Part shown: positions 24,142-35,240 of the stretch, one piece after another | Numbering within the stretch: position 1 is the first letter of the stretch | How the letters are laid out: every line of letters starts with the position of its first letter | NCBI RefSeq assembly: GCF_006345805.1 | Contig: NW_021834326.1 | Span: 1 to 49,749 of the forward strand | DNA: 49,749 bases | Direction: 5' to 3' | Source: Octopus sinensis | Lineage: Eukaryota | Position numbers and translations under genes: made by a program | The notes under the pieces: model-generated | Database searches by the model: none | Told to the model about the DNA's origin: nothing | What the model saw: the letters and a program-made list of their open reading frames with translations, nothing else

Positions 24142-26147
24142 ATGGCAACTAGAAACCACGTGGCTAGCCCGCCAGTCATGCAGAACGGTAGCAAAACACT
24201 ATTGCTACCACTAGCTGCTAAACATCGCAGCGTGAACACCGCTGTCACCACCATCACCACCACCAACAACAACAACAACAAATCTAACGTCGCATTCACC
24301 ATCGCCGCGACCAAAGACATTAACTTAGATTTCCCCTCACTCCCCACACCACTTGTTGATGATAAAGGGACAGAGAGAAGGGATTTCAAAAATGAATACA
24401 AACGAAAACATGAATGCCAGCACCACCACCATCACCACCAACAACAACAACAACGAAATTGGCACAAAGCCGCCTACCAAAGACAACACCGCCAACACCA
24501 ACACCACTACTACGACGTCAAATGCTACATCCAAGCCTTCTGCTGCTAATACCGCCAACACCAACACCACTACCATGACTTCAATTAACACTGCCACAAT
24601 TAACACTTCTACTGCCAAATTCAAAACGAATTTTGCGGACGTAACAAAACAAAAAAGAACAATTGTAACATTCACCACACAAGAGATAAACCGCACAAAG
24701 GCACTCTTCTCCAAAGAAGGAGACAAATTGCACCTTCATATTCCACAACACATCGTGGAAAACACGCAAAAAAAAAACAATAATTTATAAAGTAATAAAA
24801 AAAAAAACAAGAAGAACAGAAAATGCACCGCAGGAAAAAATCGATAAATGCCTTCGTCCTGTATGGGACTCCAAGGAATATATCAGTTGGGGAAACAAAT
24901 TTGGTACAGTCCAAGTACGTTTCCTCAACGAAAGTTTAGCAAAACGTTTTTCCACATTGGAGCTACATTCGGACGACTTGGTAATGATACCAGTCTATTT
25001 AAACAAAAGGGTCACGAAAGTCCAAATAAAAAACATACCATTTGATGTCGAAACACAATGGGTGGTCTCTGCCATCTGCTTTGAAATGTCAGAGACAATG
25101 TCAGAGACAAACATCCTGGAAATCGCGGTTCTAGGAGAGAAAGACTATGTGGGCAAATCAATCGAATTCCTGCTTCAATTGGATGAAGCAGCAAGAGAGA
25201 AGATACCCACCGCTATAGAACTGCCAGGAGGCTACAAACTCTATATAGTGGTAGAGGGCAGGCGACCACGCTGCTATTTGTGTGGAAGCGAAACACACTT
25301 GAAAAAGACGTGCCCAACCACTGCACACCAAGAGCAACAACAACAACCACTACCACAACCAAAGCACTCCGGAAAAAAAGCTCTACTACCCACACCACCA
25401 TCAACACAGAAGACGACAAGAGAAGCACACCAAGCTAATCCGTCATCAACCAAAAACCACTCGACACCTGGAAAAATACCAACACTACCATCAACAGCAA
25501 AACCCAAAGGAACAGAAAAACAAAGAAAACACACACAAACTGATCCCCCATCCCTTATACCGCACTCAACACACACAAACACTCAACAACCAACAACAAC
25601 GAAAACAACAACACAACCACTTACACAGACATACATAGAAGCCCACAACATACCCCTACCCCCTTCTGATTCCTCAGAAATTTCGTCGGAAGACGAAACC
25701 AGTGAGGAATGGCAAATAGCTACAAAAAGAAGGAAAATAAAGAGCAGAAACACAACCAAACCAAATGCAAACACGAACAAAGCAGGGGGAAATACATCTC
25801 CCGAAGACATTTCAAAACCCAACGCAAACAACAGCCACACCAACACCACAAAAACATATACAGCAAACATGCTCACAGCCATAGACACCAAAAACACAAA
25901 TTTGATGGAATACATCCAATCAAAAACAAACATAACAGAAGATGACATAAAAACAAACAACCACCCATACACAACACCACCAGACCACATCAAAATAATA
26001 CACATCTCCAAAAGTCTGCACCACACACTCAAAGGCATTTTCCCCAGTGCGGTTGGTAAATGCCAAAAATATCTCACAAAGAAACTGTACTGGGATCTTC
26101 TCGAGGACAAACCAACGGAGGAGAAAGCAAAAACTTTCGAGCAGTAA
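24142..26147 (+). CDS. ORF1 nucleic-acid-binding protein with CX2CX4HX4C knuckle (two +1 frameshifts in A-runs; ~667 aa corrected)
   Basis: Frames join at ~24390 and ~24775. T/N-rich N-terminus, RRM-like middle region (RVTKVQIKNIPFDV), CYLCGSETHLKKTC, T/P/K-rich tail. Confidence 0.8.
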
Positions 26148-26178
26148 GTAACCCTCTGTATTCTAATTCATTAGAACT

Positions 26179-29100
26179 ATGATCAAGATTGGTTGTGTAA
26201 ATGCGCGTGGCTTGGGGTCCCCTTGGAAACAAGGGTACCTCTTAAATGACATAAAGTCACATAAGTTAGAAATCATAGCCATAAGCGAGACCAGACTCCA
26301 CAATCCGCGGGCCCTAAAGACCATGTTTGGCGGACAGTTCAACATTTATTTTTCCCCCTGTCTGCCGAGAATGGGCGGTAGTGGCACCGCGGTACTTTTT
26401 CACAAGAGTCTGGATCTCAATGTAAGGACAATATTCGTAGACCCGGAGGGTAGACTGGTCGTCCTGGATGTCGACGGCAGCAATGGGTGCGCTTTTCGGC
26501 TCGTATCAGTTTACGCACCGCCTTAACAGGTCGGGCGGATTTCTTTCAACGTCTAGAAGTTTTCTTGGGAACGTCTCGTCCTTTACTCTTAGTGGGGGAT
26601 TGGAATGCTACCTTGGACACGCATGTAGACTACGTGGGTAGAGATAGGAATAGACGGGGATGCAAATGCCTCAGAGACCTGCTCAGACGCTTTCAACTGT
26701 CTGACAGGTTTCGACTAGACCACCCGAATGCGCCAACGTGGACATGGAGCAACCGCATCGGGTCGTCGAGATCGTATCTAGATAGGATACTGTGTAGGAC
26801 AGTAGATAGAGATAGCATAGGATGTCCACAATTCCACATAGTCAGCTACACGGATCACAAACTTGTGACATGTACGCTAGACTTAGGTAAGACACTTAGG
26901 CAGGGTCCCGGATACTGGAAACTAAACGCGTCTTTCCCATCGAGACAAGTTTTCAGAGACCGGATTAGCACACTAGTAAAGAGGGCTTTGACGGGAGCCA
27001 TCATCAACAACAAATGGTGGTTTGCCCTCAAGAGAGCAGTAAAAGCAGAAGCGATTAGGTACAGCAAAGCACTAGCCATAGATAGAAATAGAGTAGAGGG
27101 TGAGCTAGTTAAGAAGCTAGAAGAGGCAATTAGAAGCGGCATCGCATCCGACGTTTTGGCGGCGAGGTTGGCCCTCGACCAACACTTCAACGCCAAACAC
27201 GAAGGATGTGCTGTCAGAGCTAGGATGCGTGCTCTAAGGAACGAAGGTGTTGGAGCCGCGAGAGAGGCCCGGGTGGCAGAGGCGCAACAGGGCAACAAAG
27301 CCACCATTCGGTCACTGGTAGATGAAAGGGGCGCGAATTGCTCGAGCCAAGTAAAATGTGTGAGGCCTTTCAGCAGCATTTTGCCCGACTGTTCGGAACG
27401 AGTGGAGGGCAAGAACGTAGGGTGGACTTCAGTGCCTACCTACATAGCCTACCACGACTCTCGACAAGAAAGGCAGGGTGCTGCGAAGGTGCCATCACGG
27501 CGGCGGAAGTGCGGGAAGCGATGGCAGAATGCTCGAGGGACAAATCACCGGGTTTGGATGGTCTACCCTACGAGCTTTACAATTGTATGCCAGACTTGTT
27601 TGGAGATCTCTTGGCGGCGGTGTACTGCAACTGGCAGCAAAACGGGAGCATTCCTGGTTTTGTGAGCCGAGGAGCCGTAACACTGCTGAAGAAAGATCTA
27701 AACAAGGGAAATGTAATAGATAACTTTAGGCCCATCACTCTGCTTAATGCAGACTTGAAAATTTTGGCCAAGGTGCTAGCCAAGAGGTTGGCGCTTGTCA
27801 TCGAGAAACTGGTCGACAAGGCGCAAACATGCGCCGTGCCAGGCCGGACCATCCATGACAACCTCCATCTGATGCGCTACATCATAGACAGGGTAGTTAA
27901 CGAACCTGGCATGGGTGGGGCCCTGATCAACTTGGATCAATCAAAAGCCTTTGATAGGGTAGACCATCGATACTTGGAGGCAGTCCTGAGAGCGGCTGGT
28001 TTCGGTCCCGTCTTCCGCGGCTGGATAGCTGCCTTGTACAGAGGCATCCGTTCGGTAATTCGCGTAAATGGACATCTATCGAGACCTTTCGACATTGCAC
28101 GTTCGGTCCGTCAGGGATGCCCCCTCTCGGCGCTTCTATACGTATTGACTCTTGAGCCACTACTGCGGAAGCTGGCGACTCTAAGGGGCATCCCGCGAGA
28201 ATTGGGATGCGGGACGAGCGTGTCTGCATACGCGGACGACGTCACCGTCATAGTGTCTAGCCACGAGCACATCGAGCTGGTCGGCGAGACACTGAAAAAC
28301 TACGAAGCGGTGACAGGAGCGAAAATCAACCGGGAAAAGTCAGTGGGCTTGCGACTAGGCACCTGGAGAAGCAAGCCCATGCCGTCCACCAGCGCCTCCG
28401 TCGTGGGACGCTGGACCGACGGCCGGTTGAGTTGCTCGGGGTCTGGTTTGGTCCGGACCTCCAAGTGGAGAAGAACTGGAACGAGATAACGAGTAGGGTG
28501 GTCACTCTCGCCCGGCAATGGGCCGAGAGGAAACTGTCCCTAAAAGGTCGAGCGGAGGTGGCGAACACGTACATCGCGTCCGTCATCTACTACCGCCTGA
28601 CCGTCGTACCTTGTCCCGACCCTACCATCACCAAACTACAACGCATCCTCTTTCGCTTCTTGTGGAAAGGATGCGTCCCGATGGTCAGGCGATCCATTTG
28701 CTGTCAACACCCGTTAAAAGGAGGGCTGGGCATGCCGTGGTTGATGATGCGCAGACACGCGCTGAGACTGCGACATCTCTGGCTCTATGTAGACGACGGT
28801 GAACAGGTGTGGTCGCCGTTTGTGAGGCACGCTTTCCCGCAGCTCGTCTCCATGACCGAACTGCAGTCGTGGATCAAAAAGAGGCCGAGGAAGGGCGAAT
28901 GGCACCGCGAGTGTCGCGTTGCTCTCAAGCAACTCTGCCGTCCTGGGTCGACCTTAAGTGACTTCAACACAACCAAAGCATTCTATAGGGGTTAGTGGAG
29001 GGGAGGTACGACGACGAGCTCGGGGCGAACCTGGACGTCGACGAGGAGTACCTGACCCGCCTGTTCGGGACGACTTTCGGGCCAGGGCCCATGGACAACT

Positions 29101-29611
29101 TCCAGAGATCCCTGGCCTGGCAGTGCTACCGAGAAGCGCTACCCGTTCGGGATAAGCTCTACAGACACGGCTCGAGAAACACGGGGCCGACCTGCCCGAG
29201 ATGCGGTCAGAGCGACGAAACCGTTCTGCACGCACTCGTTCAGTGTCCAACAATTTCCGACCTGTGGGCTTATGTCGAACAACTGCTGTCACGTGTGGGA
29301 CGAGTCGGTTTATCAGCTGAGTCTATCGTCAATATTGTCACGCCTCCTTCCTTCAAACGGGAAGGAAGAGCTATTTTCATCATCCTTGTGGCTATGGCGA
29401 AAGAATGTATCTGGTGGACGCGTCTGAAAGGATTGGAGACAAACACTTCCTCTCTGGTCAATCTCTCATCAACTTCTTCAAGTACCACTTGAAAAGGAAA
29501 GTGAGAGTAGAGAGGCAAGTTTTGTCTAGCGAATGTTTTAAAAAAAGATGGGTGAATGTAGCAAGAATGGCACGTATGAATGACGAAGCCACCTTGAGCA
29601 TAGTCCTATGA
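26179..29611 (+). CDS. ORF2 APE endonuclease-reverse transcriptase (five -1 frameshifts; 1145 aa corrected)
   Basis: APE motifs NARGL, SETRL, VYAP, GDWNA, LDRI, TDH. RT motifs KSPGLDG, FRPITLLNADLKILAK, DQSKAFDRV, QGCPLS, YADD. C-terminal CPRC-x8-H-x4-C. No in-frame stops in the joined path. Confidence 0.92.
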
Positions 29612-29990
29612 ACCCAGAAATCGAAAACAGAGAGTTACTTATTTGCAAAAAAAAAAAAAAAAAAAAAAAGAAATATAAAATGTGACTTCATTGACCGAGG
29701 TTACCGTGGTCTTTTCCGTAGGCTTTTCTTTCCACGGGTAAACCTCACCTGTCCTCCCCTTTACACTTCATATGACATTTCTGTGATAACGATCCCTATT
29801 GATTCATTTTTTTTTTTTTTTTTTTACCCCCCTTTTTTTGTCCTCTTTCTCTCCTTTTACGATCCCTTTTGATCGAACCTCCCCCTTCCTATTTTTTTTT
29901 TTTTTTTTTTTTTTTAATACTTCAAAAGAAAAGCTCTACCTTGTAATTTGTTCTATCTGTGTGCAGCCCTGTGTGGCTAATAAAGAAACA

Positions 29991-30027
<37 letters not shown>

Positions 30028-30061
30028 GTCTATCTGTCTGTCTATCTATCTATCTATTATC

Positions 30062-30109
<48 letters not shown>

Positions 30110-30237
30110 GTCTGTCTTCTGTCGTCTGTTTCTGTCTGTCTGTCTGTCTGTCTATGTATGATGTAGTATGTATGTATGTATGTCTGTATGTTGTTGTCTG
30201 CTATCGTCAGTGGTCAGTCTGTTATCATCTATTTAAA

Positions 30238-30345
30238 GCAGGCGTTCTCAACCATTTTGTCCATGGACCTCTTTGATTCTTAGTTTACTTGTGTGTACCC
30301 CATAGCCATTCGATGTTAAAAAATCCCATTGCATTTTTATAATTA
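30238..30345 (+). mobile_element. Possible hAT/Charlie-like terminal fragment
   Basis: caggcgttctcaaccattttgtccatggacc resembles CAGGGGTTCTCAAC-type hAT ends; no partner TIR seen. Confidence 0.35.
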
Positions 30346-30615
30346 ATTATTCTTTTACTCTTTTACTTGCTTCAGTCATTTGACTGCGGCCATGCTGGAG
30401 CATCGCCTTTAGTCGAGCAAATCGACCCCAGGACTTATTCTTTGTAAGCCTAGTACATATTCTATCGGTCGCTTTTGTCGAACAGCTAAGTTACGAGGAC
30501 GTAAACACACCAGCATTGGTTGTCAAGCGATGGTGGGTGGGACAAACACATGTTGGCGGTGGGGAACAAACACAGAAACACAAACATATACACACACACA
30601 TACGTATATAATATA

Positions 30616-30645
<30 letters not shown>

Positions 30646-30646
<1 letters not shown>

Positions 30647-31322
30647 CAATATAATAAATAAAACATATGCATACATACGTACATATATGTACATAGCTAC
30701 ATCTATATGTATATATACATGCATATATGGGTACAGGACACCACAAATAAACGTAGAACACAACGAGAAACGAAAACATAAAACCAAGCAAGGAAACGGA
30801 CTTTTTTTAACAAGGAAAAAACAGAGTACAAGAAACCAACACAAGGAACATTCCCCTTCTTCAGCTGCCCCTGTTTCGACTCCATGCGTGTTTCGAAGGT
30901 AAGGGCAGAACACGATCCCGCCGAAGCGGTCCTTCCTGCAAAATGAATTAAATAAAATTCTTTTGCAGAGGGGTAAAAAAAAGTGACAAGAACAGGACGT
31001 AAAAACAATACAAATGAAGAAAAAAACAGACAGACAGGGAGGAAAGGTCAAGTAAAGAGTTAAGAGTGCGCGTCATAATTATTGAAATAAAACTTACTTG
31101 GTAGAAGGAGAAAAACGACGCGTGCATTCGATCATATAATAACAATATAATAAATAAAACATATGCATACATACATACATATATGTACATACCTACATCT
31201 ATATGTATATATACATGCATATATGGGTACAGAACACCACAAATAAACGTAGAACACAACGAGAAACGAAAACATAAAACCAAACAAGGAAACGGACTTT
31301 TTTTAACAACGAAAAAACAGAG
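30646..31322 (-). mobile_element. 677-bp element with 181-bp terminal direct repeats (Penelope pLTR-like or retrozyme-like)
   Basis: 30646-30826 is nearly identical to 31142-31322 (offset 496); abuts (TA)n; structured core between the repeats; no ORF. Confidence 0.7.
30853..30914 (-). ncRNA. Candidate non-circularly permuted hammerhead ribozyme
   Basis: Minus strand: CGUGU-U-CUGCCCUU-A-CCUUC-GAAACACG-(14 nt)-AGGGGCAG-CUGAAGA-AGGGG. All three stems and both core strands are present, in a non-standard order. Confidence 0.4.
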
Positions 31323-31709
31323 AGCTTCTTTCAGTTTCCGTCAACCAAATCCACTCACAAGGCTTTGGTCGGCTCGAGGCTATAGTAGAAGACACTTGCT
31401 CAAGGTGCCACGCATTGGGACTGAACCCGGAACCATGTTGTTCGTAAGCAAGCTATTTGCAATTGTATAACATAATTGTTAAAATATAATGAATAAGAGA
31501 ACTTGAAACACAAAATTAACAGTAAAGCACTGTTGAGAGTAATTACCGATAGCAACAATCATTACACCTCACCCCGTATAACATGAGCAACTTCAAATAA
31601 TTTATATATATATCTGAATGTATGTATAACTGTTCTTAAGGCTAACATAAACCATTAAATAGTAGTAAGTATTTTGTTGAAAAAACCCCATTGGACAGAA
31701 AAAAAAAAA

Positions 31710-31789
31710 GACTGGTGGCTACTCGTGCGATTCGAACACTTATCTCCTATAAACATGAAAGGCGGTCTGCTAGTATGCTAAAGTAATAC
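31710..31789 (-). ncRNA. Degenerate tRNA-like Pol III unit or pseudogene
   Basis: A-box-like TAGCATACTAG, B box GTTCGAATC, partial acceptor stem, followed by T11 (31699-31709). No sound anticodon arm. Confidence 0.3.
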
Positions 31790-31846
31790 TTCGACAGGCT
31801 CTCTTTCCAGTTCAGAAACTTTATTCTTACCAACGAGTGCTGTACG

Positions 31847-31950
31847 TTGTTGACGTCATAAGAATTTTATAAACTTTCGCGAGAACGAGAAATAAATCTC
31901 CCTCCCTACCAAATATTTCACGTTCTCTCGAAAGCTTATGACGTCAACAA
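31847..31950. repeat. Foldback with a perfect 16-bp outer IR and a 13-bp inner IR
   Basis: ttgttgacgtcataag/cttatgacgtcaacaa; tttcgcgagaacg/cgttctctcgaaa (1 mismatch). Confidence 0.85.
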
Positions 31951-32152
31951 TATATAACCATACTAGGCAAATACACTTAGACATTGGATATTCTTTCTTC
32001 AGACAGTAAGAGTGGTTCCTGATCAACATTTGGATGCAATTTCTTGCAGGCCGAGCGACTGCTTAGAAAGGTCCTCTTTGATGTTTGGTGCCCATAATGA
32101 TCCTGTCACTGACGATGATAGTGGTTGGTGGTGGTGATGATGATGATGATGT

Positions 32153-32185
<33 letters not shown>

Positions 32186-32284
32186 GGTTGTTAGTATAGC
32201 CCTAGGTCTGCTTTCGTTGAATATGACCCATGCTCAAGAGGGTTTAAACTATGATTTTCCCCCCTCATTATTATTTAATCAGTT

Positions 32285-32500
32285 CAAGACGGTGTGTTGG
32301 CAGAATCGTCAACACGCCTGGAAAAATGCTTCGCGGTATTTCGTCTTTGTCTTCGCCTTCTGAGTTCTAATTCCGCCGTGGTCGACTCTGCCTTTCATCG
32401 TTTCGAGGTGGATAAAATAAGTACCAGTTGAGTACTGGGGTTAATGTAATCGACTTACTCCTTCACTCGAAATTACTGGCCTCATGTCACAATCTCAAAC
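32285..32500 (+). mobile_element. SINE family B
   Basis: tggcagaatcgtcaacacgcctgg...gtcgactctgcctttcatcgtttcgaggtggataaaataagtaccag. Confidence 0.8.
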
Positions 32501-33435
32501 TATTATTTAATCAGTTTATTAGTGTATCAGAGACTATATCGTCCAATGTCGCAGTTCTCTTTTCTAAAATGACAAGGTACATTTCGGGGAGATTTGGGTG
32601 CTATTTCTAGTAGGTTGCATCGGTTATGTTTGTGGAGATACTTATGGTAATGTTGCCGTCATTGGTTGTATTGTTATTATTGCGGATTTTTTTTTTAAAC
32701 CGGGGTATCTTTTCTGTTTGGCTGCAAAGTTTGGTGAAAATTTGATTCATTTATGTAATTTTCCACGCTGAATCTAAGGAGATAATTCACTTTTTCTAGA
32801 AAAATTAAAAAAATTTTAAAGTTACAAATGTTTAAAGTTTGATCATTTTTACCCAATCAGAAAACAAGATTTGTAAGCTGTCATTTTGTGTGTGACTGCA
32901 TGTGTTGTCAACTGAAACAAGTAAAAGAATAAAAGAATAACGAGGATCACTTTATCAAATACTTTTTAGTTTTTAGGTTTTCAAAGAACACGGCTCGAAT
33001 TAGGTAATTTTGTTGCTATTTCTAGCAAGAAAGCTGATTGTGATTTGAGAAATATTTTGCTGCTATTTCTGGCGGATCGATCGAACGCATCGAGGCCTCT
33101 CTGGTATGATGTTAGTGACGTCGGAGAACATAGCAGTGTTTGTTGATATCTTTGGTGCTGGTGATTGTGGTGAGTGCCGCTTACGAAAATACAAAACGAG
33201 CTTTTAACAAAAAGCAAACTATTAACTTCTATAGGAAGAGTTGGGGAGGCAGAGAAGGAAATCGGCGAAAATACTTAGAAGGACTTCGTGTGTCTGTATG
33301 ACTGTGTGTCTAGTGGCTTAGAAGTGTTGTTGTCACCACGTGCCACAGTCACCCAAGCATAACATTGTAACCAGCACTGAAATAGTGGCACACGCGCTTG
33401 ACAGCCACTAGGTAAGATAAATTCAGCACGCTAAC

Positions 33436-33466
<31 letters not shown>

Positions 33467-33519
33467 TTTGTAATTACAGTTGACCAAACAATCTCCCTCT
33501 GTTCCTTCAACAGATTCGT

Positions 33520-33525
33520 TCATGC

Positions 33526-33603
<78 letters not shown>

Positions 33604-33740
33604 TTAAGCACCCGCTCTACATCATAAGTACAACGACCTGCCCCTACCGACACAACCCTACATCTTCGCCGTCCGTTTACCCACTTGTGATATCTCTAAG
33701 TGTCTGCGTGCGCGCGTAAAAGATATAGATAAATAAATGA

Positions 33741-33821
<81 letters not shown>

Positions 33822-33945
33822 CGGATGGATAGATAAATACACGGATGAATAGATTGTCGGATAGATAGATGGATAGACAGATAGACGGGTGGATATATAT
33901 ATATAATATATATATATATAATATATATATATATATATTATATAT

Positions 33946-34016
<71 letters not shown>

Positions 34017-34036
34017 GTAGATAGATAGATAGATAT

Positions 34037-34074
<38 letters not shown>

Positions 34075-34230
34075 TGATAGATAGATAGATAGATAGATGG
34101 ATAGGTAAATACACGGATGGATAAATAAACGGATGGATAGATAGATGATAGACAGATAGATAGACGGGTGGATAGATAGTCAGATATATACGAGTGTGTT
34201 TGTGTGTGCGCGTGAGTATATTCGTATGTG
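33520..34230. repeat. (TATC)n, (GATA)n, (TA)n compound microsatellites
   Basis: Direct reading. Confidence 0.9.
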
Positions 34231-34459
34231 TGTGTATGTATATTTTGTAAAGTACTATCGTAAGTGAATTCAAGCTGCAAGTTATCTGGCCACCCAACCC
34301 CTAAATTACTCCCGCTCCAACCAAACTCCTTAAACACTTTTATGTTTTCTATTTTCTTCTGTTCTTTTTTTTAATTCTCCCCCTGAAAGGGGTCCACAAC
34401 CTCTTCAAACCGCACTAATGACAACAACAAAACCAAGAACATTAGCGCCAACCAGCTAA

Positions 34460-34517
<58 letters not shown>

Positions 34518-34970
34518 TTACAATAGCTTTTCACTCTCCAAAACAATTAGCTTTCTTTTTCGGAAAAATAAAAGGGAAACATACGTCCAGACGTGCACAC
34601 ACACACACACGCACACACAAACACAAACACACAAACACAGACACACAGACACACACACAAACACACACACTTGTACATATATGTAATTGTAAGATCCAAG
34701 GAGGTAAGTGTTGGAAGTTTGTAAGCTTCGTGTAATGCGCGGTAGGTATAAAAGGCAACGTTCGGGAACTATAATTTTTTGGCATCGAAATTGGCTTTTC
34801 CCATTTCGTTGTTGGATAAGCTGAAAATCATTTGTAAAGCTCACGGTTAGCGACTAGAGTTGCTATGAATTCGAAAAAAAAAAAAAAAAAAAAAAGAAAA
34901 TCCAAATTGAGGGAGTGAAACGGGTAAAATCCGCACTACATATGTTTCCTTTCTCGCATATCCTATAGAT

Positions 34971-35240
34971 CAGTGCTACCCAGAGTGGTGGTCCGCGGAC
35001 CGGTGCCGGTCCGCGAGCCAACAGCTGTCAGTATGCAGTGAGTTTCTAGAAAAGAAAGAAACATTATGAAATGCTTATCTAATATTGTATTATTTATTTA
35101 CCAAATAAATATAAGACTAAAAAATTGGCAGCTTTTATTATACTCATTATATATATTCTTTCCGGTATAAATTAATATTACTAACAAATATTACCGGTCT
35201 CTGGAATACTGGTCTAGAGTAATAATTGCTCAATGAGAAT
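34971..35240 (+). mobile_element. hAT/Charlie-like MITE remnant
   Basis: cagtgctacccagagtggtggtccgcggaccggtgccggtccgcg end with a subterminal 10-bp palindrome (34994-35015); right end degenerate. Confidence 0.5.

Larger units (their letters stand above)
23917..29990 (+). mobile_element. Near full-length L1/Tx1-clade non-LTR retrotransposon inserted in (TATC)n
   Basis: 5' UTR, ORF1, ORF2 and 3' UTR ending AATAAAGAAACA; (TATC)n at 23808-23916 and from 29991; no poly(A) tail at the 3' junction. Confidence 0.92.
30350..31460 (-). mobile_element. SINE family A split by an insertion in its central microsatellite
   Basis: 3' half at 30350-30600 and 5' half at 31323-31460, same orientation. Confidence 0.85.

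Noticed and set aside
26855-28976. Antisense ORFs overlapping LINE ORF2
   Set aside because: Expected shadow ORFs of a GC-richer coding region, with no independent motifs.
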